Origin: Firmicutes bacterium UBA5389
Lineage (GTDB): Bacteria; Bacillota; DTU025
Direction of reading: 5' to 3'
Length of the DNA: 64,000 nucleotides
NCBI GenBank assembly: GCA_002409965.1
Contig: DHON01000105.1
Span: 5,461-69,460 of the forward strand
Shown: piece after piece, positions 17,425 through 26,793 of the stretch
Numbering within the stretch: position 1 is the stretch's first letter
How the letters are laid out: each line of letters begins with the position of its first letter
The notes under the pieces: generated by a model
Databases searched by the model: none
The model's input: the letters and a program-made list of their open reading frames with translations, nothing else
Told to the model about the DNA's origin: nothing
Translations under genes and position numbers: made by a program

Positions 17425-19642
17425 TTGTTATTCCTCCCGGAGCAGCATAGACGCGCCGAATCGGATCCCGGGTAACTACACTACCAGAGTAGGTGCCGTC
17501 CTCGCAGAACCAGCGGAAGCGTCTATTCTCGAGTAGTCCAAAACCGGTCTGCGCCACAATCAAGTCGCCACCGTCAAATGTGTCGATGATCGCATGGAGC
17601 GTTTCGTCTTTCAGAACATAGAGACGAGTATCCGTTAGGATGTAGAGATAGTCGCCCGTATCGACGATGCGACGTGGAACAGATCCGATACCATAGGCTC
17701 GAACAGGTTCTCCGGACTCGGTCACCATGACGACTCGACCCGAGTAGCCTGCGAGGAATGTCGCATCCGACCAACCGGCGAAGCTCGCGGCGTAGATCCA
17801 ATCGGCAGCATGGATTTCGCTCACAACGAGAGAAGCCGTAAGTGTTAGCCTACGTCCGCCTGCTTCTGTCTCACTCCGGCTCATCTCCCGGGCGTAATAC
17901 GCGCCAGCGTACGCTGGCAAAGCGTTCTGATCAATGCCAGTGATCAACTCCACAGCCAAATTGAGTTCCTTCATCCGTTCCGTTGCCTTGGGGTCATGAG
18001 GATTGCGATCCGGATGCCATTCCTTGGCTAGTTGCCGATAGCGGTTCTTCACATCCTCTTGAGTGAAGGGACATGATAGCCCAATGAGCGATAATGCCTG
18101 TTGAACATCGCTACTCGTCCCGAACTTCTCGCTGCGTTCGGGAACCCGGGTCCACCCATCGGTGATCGGAAGTCTTGTACCCCAGCGAGCCCTCCCGTCT
18201 ACTCCCACGCACCACGCCTCATCGACGGCAGTGAAGAGATAGCGACTGCCGTCGCGGGACAGCGCAACGCACCGGATATGGTTTTTCAATTCATCATTGC
18301 GGATGTCGAAGCGCTTTCGGATCGCCCGAATCTCTGGAGCATCCCACAGAGCTGTCTCCAGGGTCAGCTCCAACATGTCATCATAAGCATGAACTACGCA
18401 GTCTCTAGACATAGCGATCAGTCCTCGGCCCATCGGGTTTACATTGATCCGATACACGTCGTGGAGTAGGGGCTTCTTGGCGATCAGCTCGCCCGCACGA
18501 TCATAGCGGATGACAGCTGCGGGAACCTGGCCCATGCCCCCTGCCTTTCCGAGATCGTCTACCATCAGCAAGCCCGAATCCAGAGGGTGAAGCCGCCTGA
18601 ACGCGGTGTCAGGCCTCTCCCCCGTCGGAATCTTGTCGATCGCCTCAATCCGCCATCCATCCGCACCGCGAACCTCGAAGTGGTCGTTAGCCGCAGGGAC
18701 AGCAGCCGCCGCGCCTCGCACCTGCGCCTCCTCCCACCGGAGAGGGGATCTTGGAAGCGGTACGTAAGGCATATCTGCCGCGCTAATCTCGTGAAGCTGT
18801 GGCCGGTTACGGTCGGTGCGATGGGAGCCCACAGTCCGCTTTCGCACAGGCGATGATGCCGGTGCCGCCTCAGCAGGCCAGATTACGTATGTGTTGCCGT
18901 GCTTGTCACGCGTAATCTTGCCTGCCTTCTCGAGCCAGGTGATTAAGTCGGATATGCGGCGCCCGTCTGTCATGCCAACGAACGCCTTCACGTCCGCTTG
19001 ATGGCAACCCGGGTTCTGTCGCACAGCCTCCAAGATGGCTGCGAAGAGCTTGCGGCTCTCCTCGTGAGCTTTGACCGTGTCCGTCCATGCCTCAAGCTCC
19101 CGATTCGACGCAACGATTCGCTGCATCTCAGTGAGACCCTCGTCATCCCCCATTAACGCGAGCATCGTGCCGCCAACCTCAAGCGCAGGGATCGAGGAGA
19201 CGGCAGACGAACCGAGCGATTGCTTCATGCAACGTACGAACCCCGGTACTTGAGGCAGGTTCTCACGTGCCAGCCTAGCGGCGCGTGCATAGTCCCGCCT
19301 TGAAATGGCCAGCTGCATGTCTCCCATGGTGTGGAAGTAAGCATCCGTTCCCCGCGCATCGCCCATGACGCTCAGGTGTGTACAATCGGTGGGCCTGGAG
19401 GCGGCACACGGGCTCAAGGTTGAAGGAGGGTCTGAATCGCGAACTCTATCTGCCAAGTGGGCCGCAGGTTGCCTGGGGGAGAGCCCTAACAGCCGTCCGA
19501 GAAACTTAAGCACGGTGACCACCTCAAATCGAGACTTCTCGAGACCAGGGAGCGCGTTGGTACTTGGCACCCACTCCCAAAGTGCCAGCGCGATGCTCAT
19601 GAGCGAGCCAGCCGAGGTTGCCGCTACGCAGCCCGAGAACAC
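17321..19642 (-). CDS. J-domain (DnaJ-like, HPD motif) protein with a winged-helix-like segment and beta-propeller-like (PQQ/WD-like) repeats; probable start at 19366 or 19327 rather than 19642
   Basis: J-domain: 'EDVKNRYRQLAKEWHPDRNPHDPKATERMKELNLAVELI'. wHTH-like segment: 'ADVKAFVGMTDGRRISDLITWLEKAGKITRDKHGNTYVIW'. C-terminal repeats such as 'GDYLYILTDTRLYVLKD'. In-frame ATGs give MGDARG (19366) and MGDMQLAIS (19327). Confidence 0.6.
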   Translation of the reverse strand: MFSGCVAATSAGSLMSIALALWEWVPSTNALPGLEKSRFEVVTVLKFLGRLLGLSPRQPAAHLADRVRDSDPPSTLSPCAASRPTDCTHLSVMGDARGTDAYFHTMGDMQLAISRRDYARAARLARENLPQVPGFVRCMKQSLGSSAVSSIPALEVGGTMLALMGDDEGLTEMQRIVASNRELEAWTDTVKAHEESRKLFAAILEAVRQNPGCHQADVKAFVGMTDGRRISDLITWLEKAGKITRDKHGNTYVIWPAEAAPASSPVRKRTVGSHRTDRNRPQLHEISAADMPYVPLPRSPLRWEEAQVRGAAAAVPAANDHFEVRGADGWRIEAIDKIPTGERPDTAFRRLHPLDSGLLMVDDLGKAGGMGQVPAAVIRYDRAGELIAKKPLLHDVYRINVNPMGRGLIAMSRDCVVHAYDDMLELTLETALWDAPEIRAIRKRFDIRNDELKNHIRCVALSRDGSRYLFTAVDEAWCVGVDGRARWGTRLPITDGWTRVPERSEKFGTSSDVQQALSLIGLSCPFTQEDVKNRYRQLAKEWHPDRNPHDPKATERMKELNLAVELITGIDQNALPAYAGAYYAREMSRSETEAGGRRLTLTASLVVSEIHAADWIYAASFAGWSDATFLAGYSGRVVMVTESGEPVRAYGIGSVPRRIVDTGDYLYILTDTRLYVLKDETLHAIIDTFDGGDLIVAQTGFGLLENRRFRWFCEDGTYSGSVVTRDPIRRVYAAPGGITIETRVRRAFVSGAPAWWEGSAHQDATSNILSDRG

Positions 19643-20053
19643 CGAGCCGAGCCTAGCGAGGTCTAGTAGGCCGGGCAGCCTCCTATCGCAGCCCTGCGCG
19701 CGTGCACCACGGATGCTGTATGCCTGATCGCCGCCTCAGTTACCCTGAGCCCGAACCCCCACGCTCCGGGGTTTCGAACTGGCATGAGCTCTCACTGGAG
19801 CCTAGCACCCGCACCTAAAGGTCGCCTACTGTACACCGCGAGAATCTGCAAGGATCCTGTAGCGCGATGGCTCGCTCTACAGACCGATGCCCACGTTCGC
19901 CGGGTCCAACTCACTGCCGGCAAGCGCCAGTGTCCGTATCTCACACCAGGCGCGAATCGAGCTTTCGCTGTCGCGGCTCGACCCGTATGGCGGCCAGAGA
20001 TCATGGACTGACGGCCATCGGAATCCTCCAGCGAAGCAAGAACGCTGACCACA

Positions 20054-22480
20054 CTAGCTTGCCGTCGCCGCTCCGAGGCAGGATGCTGCTAGCTTGGCCT
20101 GCGTACCGCTGGCGCTCGCACACCAAGCAGTCAGGTTCGGCTCAGCGTCTGGCAGATGGGACAGTACGTGTGCTTTATTGAGGCGATACATGAAGCACAA
20201 GATGTCCTTTGCTGTGCGTTTCTTCTCGTCCGATGACAAGTGGCCAAAGAAGCTCTTTTCGGGGGCTCCTTGGATACTCTCCATAAAGTGGCTCTCACCA
20301 TGGAGGACTAATCGATACATCAAGTTCCGGTAGTACATTCTTGACTCATCATCTGGTAGCAGAGCCAACACTCGCTCATCCAGGCTGACCTCTACAACCC
20401 CTTTCTTGAACGAAAAGGAGGCAAAAGCCTCTAGCACTCTTCTCATCATGTTTCCGATCACCAGGTCGGAGTCGAGATCAGCCGCAGTGCCCGCAGCATA
20501 CTCGTAAACCTTTTGAAGCAACCGGGTGTACTCGTTGTGTCTCTCATGCTGGAAACCGGACAACGACCTGCCATCAAGCTGAAACGGGCGATATTCCATG
20601 TTGACTGCTGTCTGCTTGCAGCGTTTCTTTACTTCGTCCAGCATCTTCTCCATATCGAACATCACGCTCAGGTCGTGAGTCATGACCAAGACCCTGCTAG
20701 TTGGGCAGCCAACGAGGACTTGTTCGAGTCTCCACCTCAAGAACGAGAGTATCCCGATTCTGTTCTCCAAATCGAAGCTCGAGATAGGATCGTCAATCAC
20801 CAATAACATCTCGTCGGAATATACCGCCTTGACGTCCATGTCCTTCGCTGCCTCTGCAAAGAAATAGCAGAGAGCAATTACGTTCCTTTCGCCGCAAGAC
20901 ACCTTGTTGGGACTGATGGGCTGCCCGTTTGCCCTTAGGTGATAGACTCCGTCAGATCCCAGTTCTAGCGAGAGCCGCCCCCGGCAGAAGAAGACGTAGT
21001 CCAGCGACCTGTTTATCTCCTCAGCAGCAATATGGAGGTTTCTTCGCTGCGAGTCCAGAAACGTCCTCTTGCGCTCCAGTTCCGCGAGGCTTGCTCTCAT
21101 TTGACGCAACTGGTCGTCTGCGATCCGCTTCGCCGTTCGTTGCTTTTGGAGCGAGGCGTACATACTCTCGATTGTCCAGTGGGCAATCTCGTCATTGAGA
21201 ACCAGAAGTTCGTTCTTCACAGCAGCCCTCTCACTGAGAGTGCGGTTGAAACTCACTCGATCGGCCTCCAACGAGGCTAGCGCCCGATTCAACGCATCGT
21301 GAGCCGCTGCCACACCGATAGAGTCGTCATACACCATCTTCCCGAAAGGACTATTGATCTTCGCTGTGACAGCATCGTTGTGAGCAGCGACCGCAGTGTT
21401 GTAGTCACTGAGCCGCTCCAGTACACAGCCACATGATTGTAGGTCACGGTAAACCTGATATGTACCGGTCACCGCTTCAGGAATCAGCAACCGCTCAAGC
21501 TCACCCGTGAACTCGTCAACATCACGGTTCAGAATACGCTCGATACGTCCGAGAGCTTCGACTCGGTACTCATCCCTTATCGGCTGAAGGCATTTATCGC
21601 AGACAGTATGCTTCGGATCAGAAAGAAGCGCTCTCGCGCTGGTTATGACCGTAACCCCAAATAGGTCCAGCAGACTCTGTTCTCTGTCCGTCAATTGCGG
21701 TCTCTCAACTACCTTATCAAGAAGCAGTCTTGCCCTCTCGATGACATCATTGACAGCAGGCACTAGTGCGACTCCTGTGGCAATCGGCGTTGATGCGGCA
21801 CTGACTGCGAGGTACTGCGGAAGCCGGCGACTCAACTCACCATGGAGATCTGCCGGAGACCCCGTCGAGGGCATCTTCCCAATTCTTCCGATCTCAGCAT
21901 CGGTAACCGAGAGATTCTGTCTCTGCCCCTTGATCCTTGAGCCAACGTCAGCCCATCCATTGGCTTCGCGAAGTCTGCTGTGAATCTGCGCGAGCCAGTA
22001 GTCTGGCGAGTTGACGTCACTCTTGTTCGTGAATCGCACGCATGCAGTCTCCTGATTGGACACCTCCGCTACCATGGCCTCGATGAGCTTCTCTGTCTCT
22101 GCGATTTGGTCCTCTATAGCTACCTGCTCGCCAAAGAGCACAATCGCGTCCAGTCCCGAGCCTTTGACCTTTACACGAGACGAGACGTATTCTTCATCGA
22201 ACACAAGGATCTTCTCGGGTTTCGCCGTAGAAGCGGCTCCGAGGCGAAGAGTGCCCATCATGGGCTCCAGTGTGACGGTTCGAGGATTGGCCGCATCCCT
22301 GTACTCGCGGAAACCCTGCGCAATCGTGCTTTTCCCGCTTCCGTTCTTCCCATACACAAGGGCTACACGTTTGCGCTTGTGTGACTTTGAATCCTCCGGA
22401 AACAGCTCTAGTGACGTAGTGCTAGAGAAATAGGCAGAGGATATGGTCACTCCTGTCATGCTCCCAATCGTGGTCACCAC
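20054..22480 (-). CDS. AAA_13 / RloC-PrrC-like ABC ATPase of 808 aa with a coiled-coil insertion carrying a CxxC (zinc-hook-like) motif and a C-terminal ~240-aa domain (candidate anticodon-nuclease-like)
   Basis: Walker A 'VYGKNGSGKSTIAQGF'; the coiled-coil middle carries 'CDKCLQPI'; Walker B 'MLLVIDDPISSFD'. Confidence 0.6.
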   Translation of the reverse strand: MVTTIGSMTGVTISSAYFSSTTSLELFPEDSKSHKRKRVALVYGKNGSGKSTIAQGFREYRDAANPRTVTLEPMMGTLRLGAASTAKPEKILVFDEEYVSSRVKVKGSGLDAIVLFGEQVAIEDQIAETEKLIEAMVAEVSNQETACVRFTNKSDVNSPDYWLAQIHSRLREANGWADVGSRIKGQRQNLSVTDAEIGRIGKMPSTGSPADLHGELSRRLPQYLAVSAASTPIATGVALVPAVNDVIERARLLLDKVVERPQLTDREQSLLDLFGVTVITSARALLSDPKHTVCDKCLQPIRDEYRVEALGRIERILNRDVDEFTGELERLLIPEAVTGTYQVYRDLQSCGCVLERLSDYNTAVAAHNDAVTAKINSPFGKMVYDDSIGVAAAHDALNRALASLEADRVSFNRTLSERAAVKNELLVLNDEIAHWTIESMYASLQKQRTAKRIADDQLRQMRASLAELERKRTFLDSQRRNLHIAAEEINRSLDYVFFCRGRLSLELGSDGVYHLRANGQPISPNKVSCGERNVIALCYFFAEAAKDMDVKAVYSDEMLLVIDDPISSFDLENRIGILSFLRWRLEQVLVGCPTSRVLVMTHDLSVMFDMEKMLDEVKKRCKQTAVNMEYRPFQLDGRSLSGFQHERHNEYTRLLQKVYEYAAGTAADLDSDLVIGNMMRRVLEAFASFSFKKGVVEVSLDERVLALLPDDESRMYYRNLMYRLVLHGESHFMESIQGAPEKSFFGHLSSDEKKRTAKDILCFMYRLNKAHVLSHLPDAEPNLTAWCASASGTQAKLAASCLGAATAS

Positions 22481-22653
22481 GATGACCCCCTACTACCCGC
22501 GTTTTCGACTGTCTATCCACACCTCACTAATGGTCCGTTAATGGTCTGTTCCATCTGCCTGCGATCCAGCCGCTGCACTGCCCTGGGATTGGGCCACGGG
22601 ACGCGCCTCTGGAATGCTCAGTACTCCCCAGTGGAGTGCTCTCGCCCGTAGAA

Positions 22654-22725
22654 TCACTCCCGCACTGCCTCCTCCAGCATCCCCGCGACATACTCCACCT
22701 CGTGCGCGGTGATCTTGTTGCGTTG
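22654..22725 (-). pseudogene. Short C-terminal remnant of a second DegT-type aminotransferase
   Basis: The minus strand reads '...KITAHEVEYVAGMLEEAVRE*'. The intact DegT-type ORF ends '...RITEEEVEYVAGVLEGALGERG'. The remnant is diverged from the 25.5 kb copy (roughly 70 % nt identity by eye). Confidence 0.35.
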
Positions 22726-22992
22726 CTCAGGACATGTGTCCACAGAACCCCGCGTTCCGGCTTCCCGTCGATCGAAAGCTTCCAGATCACGGTTTCTCAG
22801 TGCCCAGCCTAATCGCTCAAGGATGCGAACCGAGTCCCTTTCGCCCCCCAGACTGCGCGGAGGGGCCAAACACGTTGTGCGCGTTACCGGTATATCGGAT
22901 CGTGCATACCCCGGCAGACGCAACGATGCACCGAGTATGCACGGTTGCGGCGATCCGGCCTCTCCCCAGATTCGATGCCTGGTTCAACGTCA

Positions 22993-23418
22993 TTACTTTG
23001 CACCGCTGAGGCCGCGCATTTTGCTGATGGCAGCAGATGATCCTGCCAGGGAGAACTTGAAGTAGACCATCCCCTCACCGAACCAGTTCAACTCAAGCGG
23101 CATGGTGTCAGATCCGGCGATCCTCGAGATCGCTGACTTGCCGTCTGAAAAGTGGAGGAACTCAGAACCCCAGTCTTGACTCAGGGTAACGCTCTCCACC
23201 TTGTCATTCCACCTGATCCTGGTTTGGATGAGGTTGTACCCATTCTTGATCGTCGTGTTCACGATATTGGGTGCGTTGCTGAAAGCGATGTAAGCCCATT
23301 CGCTCTTGCCATCACAACCTACGTTCAGCATCGCCGTCGTATCATGGTACGGAAAACTCATCTTCTCAACCGAAGCGGTGGCAGGGGAATGAGCGTAGTA
23401 GCTCTTCGCACCGGTCAT
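22993..23418 (-). CDS. Hypothetical 141-aa protein; likely the mature domain of a secreted protein whose signal peptide (23447-23523) is separated from it by an in-frame TGA
   Basis: A strong SD (AGGAGGG) lies 5 nt before ATG 23523, giving MNMRRICTGVMIIVLMLTLGVSAAAQ-TGA(23444-23446). Eight in-frame codons then lead to the MTGAK start at 23418. Confidence 0.5.
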   Translation of the reverse strand: MTGAKSYYAHSPATASVEKMSFPYHDTTAMLNVGCDGKSEWAYIAFSNAPNIVNTTIKNGYNLIQTRIRWNDKVESVTLSQDWGSEFLHFSDGKSAISRIAGSDTMPLELNWFGEGMVYFKFSLAGSSAAISKMRGLSGAK

Positions 23419-23847
23419 CGGATCCTCCGAAACCGAGTTCGTTCATTGCGCCGCCGCAGACACACCGAGTGTCAGCATGAGAACGATGATCATCACGCCC
23501 GTGCAAATACGCCTCATATTCATGTGATTCCCTCCTATTTCGAATAGCCGAACGAACTCGGCGTCAAGCTTACCGAAAAGCTGCCCTGTCCGCTCTGTAT
23601 GCGTTTCCGCAAACTGAGAAGCCTCCAGTGCTGCCGAGTGAGCTGTACACAAAGCCTATAACAGGGCCCTATGGCGAAGACCTGCAGGCGTCGCACCAAG
23701 CGGCGCTCTTGGCGCGGTACGGTCACCGACTCGTTCGGGCGGTGACTCCGTGTCGCGGGCCAACAGTCACAGAGCAGTCGATCCTTGTACCAGCGGCGCC
23801 GTCCTCGGCTTGATAGGGCTTGGAGTCGGTCTGCCTGTTAGGCGTCT

Positions 23848-25053
23848 TCAGCGAGACTTGACCATCTTTATCCACTCGACCGATACCATTGGAATAGTCC
23901 GGGTAGCACCGAAGATCGTCGTGTATGAACACGGCTGCAGAATGGTTCCTGCGAAGTCGATGATGTCCTCCTCGACCAGACGAGTGCCTGCAGCTTCCCC
24001 ATCATCGTCGATTACGATGAACATGTCGTCCTCAGTGTACGATCCGAAGTAGCCCTTGCCCATCGCAACTCGGTAGGAGCCATCCCCGACGTCCTGAAGC
24101 ACCTCTCCCTGGCACCGAAGAGTCTTGCCTACGTAGTCCTCTGGTCTGCGAAGCAAGTCACCGTATGATTGCGATGACGAAGCCAGCAGCTTCTTGCGCC
24201 GTTCTGCGGCAAGCTCCTCCTTGTGCTTCGCGACCGCATCTAGTTTGGCAAGGGTTAGTCTCCTGATCTCAGCGTCTACCTCAAGTATGTTTCGTTCGAG
24301 CAGTAGCGCGTCCTTGGCTGAGCGGAGGTCGCGCTCCGGTTCAGACGTGTCTGTATTCCAGCTGGGCTTCATACCGAAGCGCCGCCTTGCGGCAGACACT
24401 ATCGGCTGATCATGGATATCCATCAGAGAGGCGGCTAGACTGTCGCATAGCTCCTTATCCGAGCTGTCGGCCAATGACTCGGAGATCTCTTGTATTCTCC
24501 TGATGCGAGCGAGAAGATCATCTGCAGATGTGTCGGTACCGACACAAGCCAGCTCTCTTGCTTCCTCGACCCGCAGTGAGGCCTGCTCTTTCTCTACGAG
24601 CGGCCCAAGCCTTTCGATCTCCGCCATTACGTCTGCCTTCAGCTGGCCTCCCAGCAGTACGGAGACCTCCTTGAGCTTAGCAGTATGAGCTGCATATCCC
24701 GAGCTAGGGCGACTGGCGAGGAGCCGTCTGGCCTCTGCCGCGGCCTCGCGGTTACCGGCGGTCAAGGCCAGCGCAACGAGGAGGAAGAGAAGCGACACCA
24801 ACAGCACGAGCCAGGCAAGCCAACGACGACGAATCCTGAGGGATGGAAGCACTCTACCTCGTATGTTGGCAATCGCCACATACAGACCCACTGCGCCCAG
24901 TAACCAGAAAGGTGCGCTCACCTGCGCATCACTCCTCATACGTACTCTGGTTGTCGTGTCTCCGACTACAACTCGGGCAGCCAACATAGTTCGTTTCTCT
25001 TTGGCCCTCGGCTTCAGTAGGGACACGCCGAAAACGCAGAGCCTTGACAACAA
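23848..25053 (-). CDS. Membrane-anchored coiled-coil protein of ~400 aa (start uncertain), function unknown
   Basis: N-terminal hydrophobic helices ('FWLLGAVGLYVAIANI', 'WLAWLVLLVSLLFLLVALALTA') are followed by a charged, helix-rich region and a C-terminal domain with no recognisable motif. Confidence 0.5.
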   Translation of the reverse strand: MLSRLCVFGVSLLKPRAKEKRTMLAARVVVGDTTTRVRMRSDAQVSAPFWLLGAVGLYVAIANIRGRVLPSLRIRRRWLAWLVLLVSLLFLLVALALTAGNREAAAEARRLLASRPSSGYAAHTAKLKEVSVLLGGQLKADVMAEIERLGPLVEKEQASLRVEEARELACVGTDTSADDLLARIRRIQEISESLADSSDKELCDSLAASLMDIHDQPIVSAARRRFGMKPSWNTDTSEPERDLRSAKDALLLERNILEVDAEIRRLTLAKLDAVAKHKEELAAERRKKLLASSSQSYGDLLRRPEDYVGKTLRCQGEVLQDVGDGSYRVAMGKGYFGSYTEDDMFIVIDDDGEAAGTRLVEEDIIDFAGTILQPCSYTTIFGATRTIPMVSVEWIKMVKSR

Positions 25054-25541
25054 GCTGGTGAATAGGGAAACAGCCCACTGTGCGGCAATTGAGTCGTAGG
25101 GGAGCAGTGGCAGTGATCACGTGCTTGAACAGTGCAGAGCTGTTATGAAGCAGCAGTTAATTGCATGAAGGGTGGGATGATGAGTTCGTTAACTGACTCG
25201 TTTACAGTATTCGCTAGTCGCTTCGCTTTTCCTCTGCAATCATCGGGGATGCATGAGGGAAGAGACCATTCTGTAGGGGCTGCACGACCGGGTGCGCGCC
25301 GCACATTCTCGATTGTCATTCACAGCCGACGCCGGCATCTTCGAACGTGATGCCGTCATCCATCTCCGCCTGACCGTTGAAGATGTCCGCGAGACCGCCG
25401 CCATGTCCGCGCCGAAGCATGCACTCCCGAGCCCTCAGCCCTTCAGCTGTGAAACGGTCGGCCTAGTACAGCCTACGGGCGGCGGACTCCCTGCCCGCCG
25501 CCCCGCCGCGAACCGCCTAGCGCAGTCTGATGCGTGGCCTC

Positions 25542-26782
25542 CTATCCCCGCTCCCCGAGCGCCCCCTCCAACACCCCCGCAACGTACTCGACCTCTTCCT
25601 CTGTAATCCTGTTATGGAACGGTATCGCCACACTCGTCCGCCCCACCGCCTCCATCACCGGGAAGTCGCCCTCCCTGTACCCGAACCGCTCGCGGTAGAA
25701 CGGCTGCAGATGAATGGGCGTGAAGTAAGGCCGGCACCCGATCCCCGCCTCCTGGAACCGCTGCATCACCCGGTCTCTCACCGCCTGCTGCGCCTCGGCC
25801 CCGGCCTCCTCGCACCCAACCCGGATCACATAGACGAACCAGCTCATGAAGTCTACCTCCGGCGCCACCCGCGGCACCCAGACCCCCTCTATCCTCAACA
25901 GCCGCTCGCGCCACATCTGGGCCACCCGCGCCCGCTTCTCGAGGATCTCCCCGATCCGCCCCATCTGCACCACGCCCAGCGCCGCCGACATCTCATCGAT
26001 CCGGTAGTTGTAGCCCAGCCTTTCATGCGCTAGCCACACCCCTGCCTCGCCCCTGCCCTGGTTCCGCATGCTGTTGCATAGCGCGGCGATGCGGTCGTCG
26101 TCGGTGACGATCATCCCGCCCTCGCCCGTGGTTATCTGCTTGTTGGGGTAGAACGCGAACACAGCGGCGTCCGCGAAGTCCGGTCCGCCGGCTTTCTTCC
26201 CATTGTAGACCGACCCCAGCGACTCGCACGAGTCCTCTATGAACACAAGACCATGCTTCCGCGCGATATCGCGTATCTCATCTAGACGTGCCGGCTGCCC
26301 GAACGCATCCACCGCCAGTACCGCCCTCGCCCTCGGCGTGATGGCCTGCTCAATGAGGTCGGCGTCCATGTTCGCCGTGTCGGGCTCGATGTCGACAAAC
26401 ACCGGCTTGGCTTTCTCATACAGGATGCAGTTGCTCGATGCGATGAAACTGAACGGCGTGGTGATTACCTCATCACCGTCAGAGATGCCGTACGCCCGGA
26501 TCAGCAGGTGAAGACCGCTAGTGCCGCTGTTCACCGCCATGCAAACATACATGAGTTGTCTTTCGACGAACGCTTCGGCATGCTGGTTGACCGGGAATGG
26601 GCTTGTCGGCAGGACAGGCGACTGACCCGCCTGCTCTCGGAACCACCGGATTCTTTGGCCCGGAACAGGCGGGCGATTTCATCGGAATACGCAGCCAACT
26701 CAAACGGGGCCGCGTTCAGTGAATTCTCCCACTGAGAATCCGGCACCAAGAACAGCAATGGGAAGTGGAGCGTACTAGCCAT
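25542..26782 (-). pseudogene. DegT/DnrJ/EryC1/StrS-family PLP-dependent sugar aminotransferase, disrupted by a 1-nt frameshift near 26650-26662
   Basis: The 83-aa ORF (26531-26782) gives the N-terminus ('...RLFRAKESGG'). The next frame continues '...WFREQAGQSPVLPTSPFPVNQHAEAFVERQLMYVCMAVNSGTSGLHL...' into the 336-aa ORF (25542-26552), which carries the DegT motifs EDSCESLGS, GEGGM and LHLQPFY. The frame switch is at 'tccggtggttcc'. Confidence 0.7.
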
Positions 26783-26793
26783 CGGAGCCCTCC

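Noticed and set aside
22527-22923. Minus-strand ORFs of 87 and 89 aa as independent genes
   Set aside because: The only recognisable content is the ~20-aa DegT C-terminal remnant at the 3' end of the 89-aa ORF. The rest looks like decayed sequence, so I annotate only the remnant.
25530-26033. Plus 167-aa and minus 100-aa ORFs overlapping the DegT gene
   Set aside because: They are shadow ORFs of the aminotransferase coding region (Pro/Arg/His-rich, no motifs).
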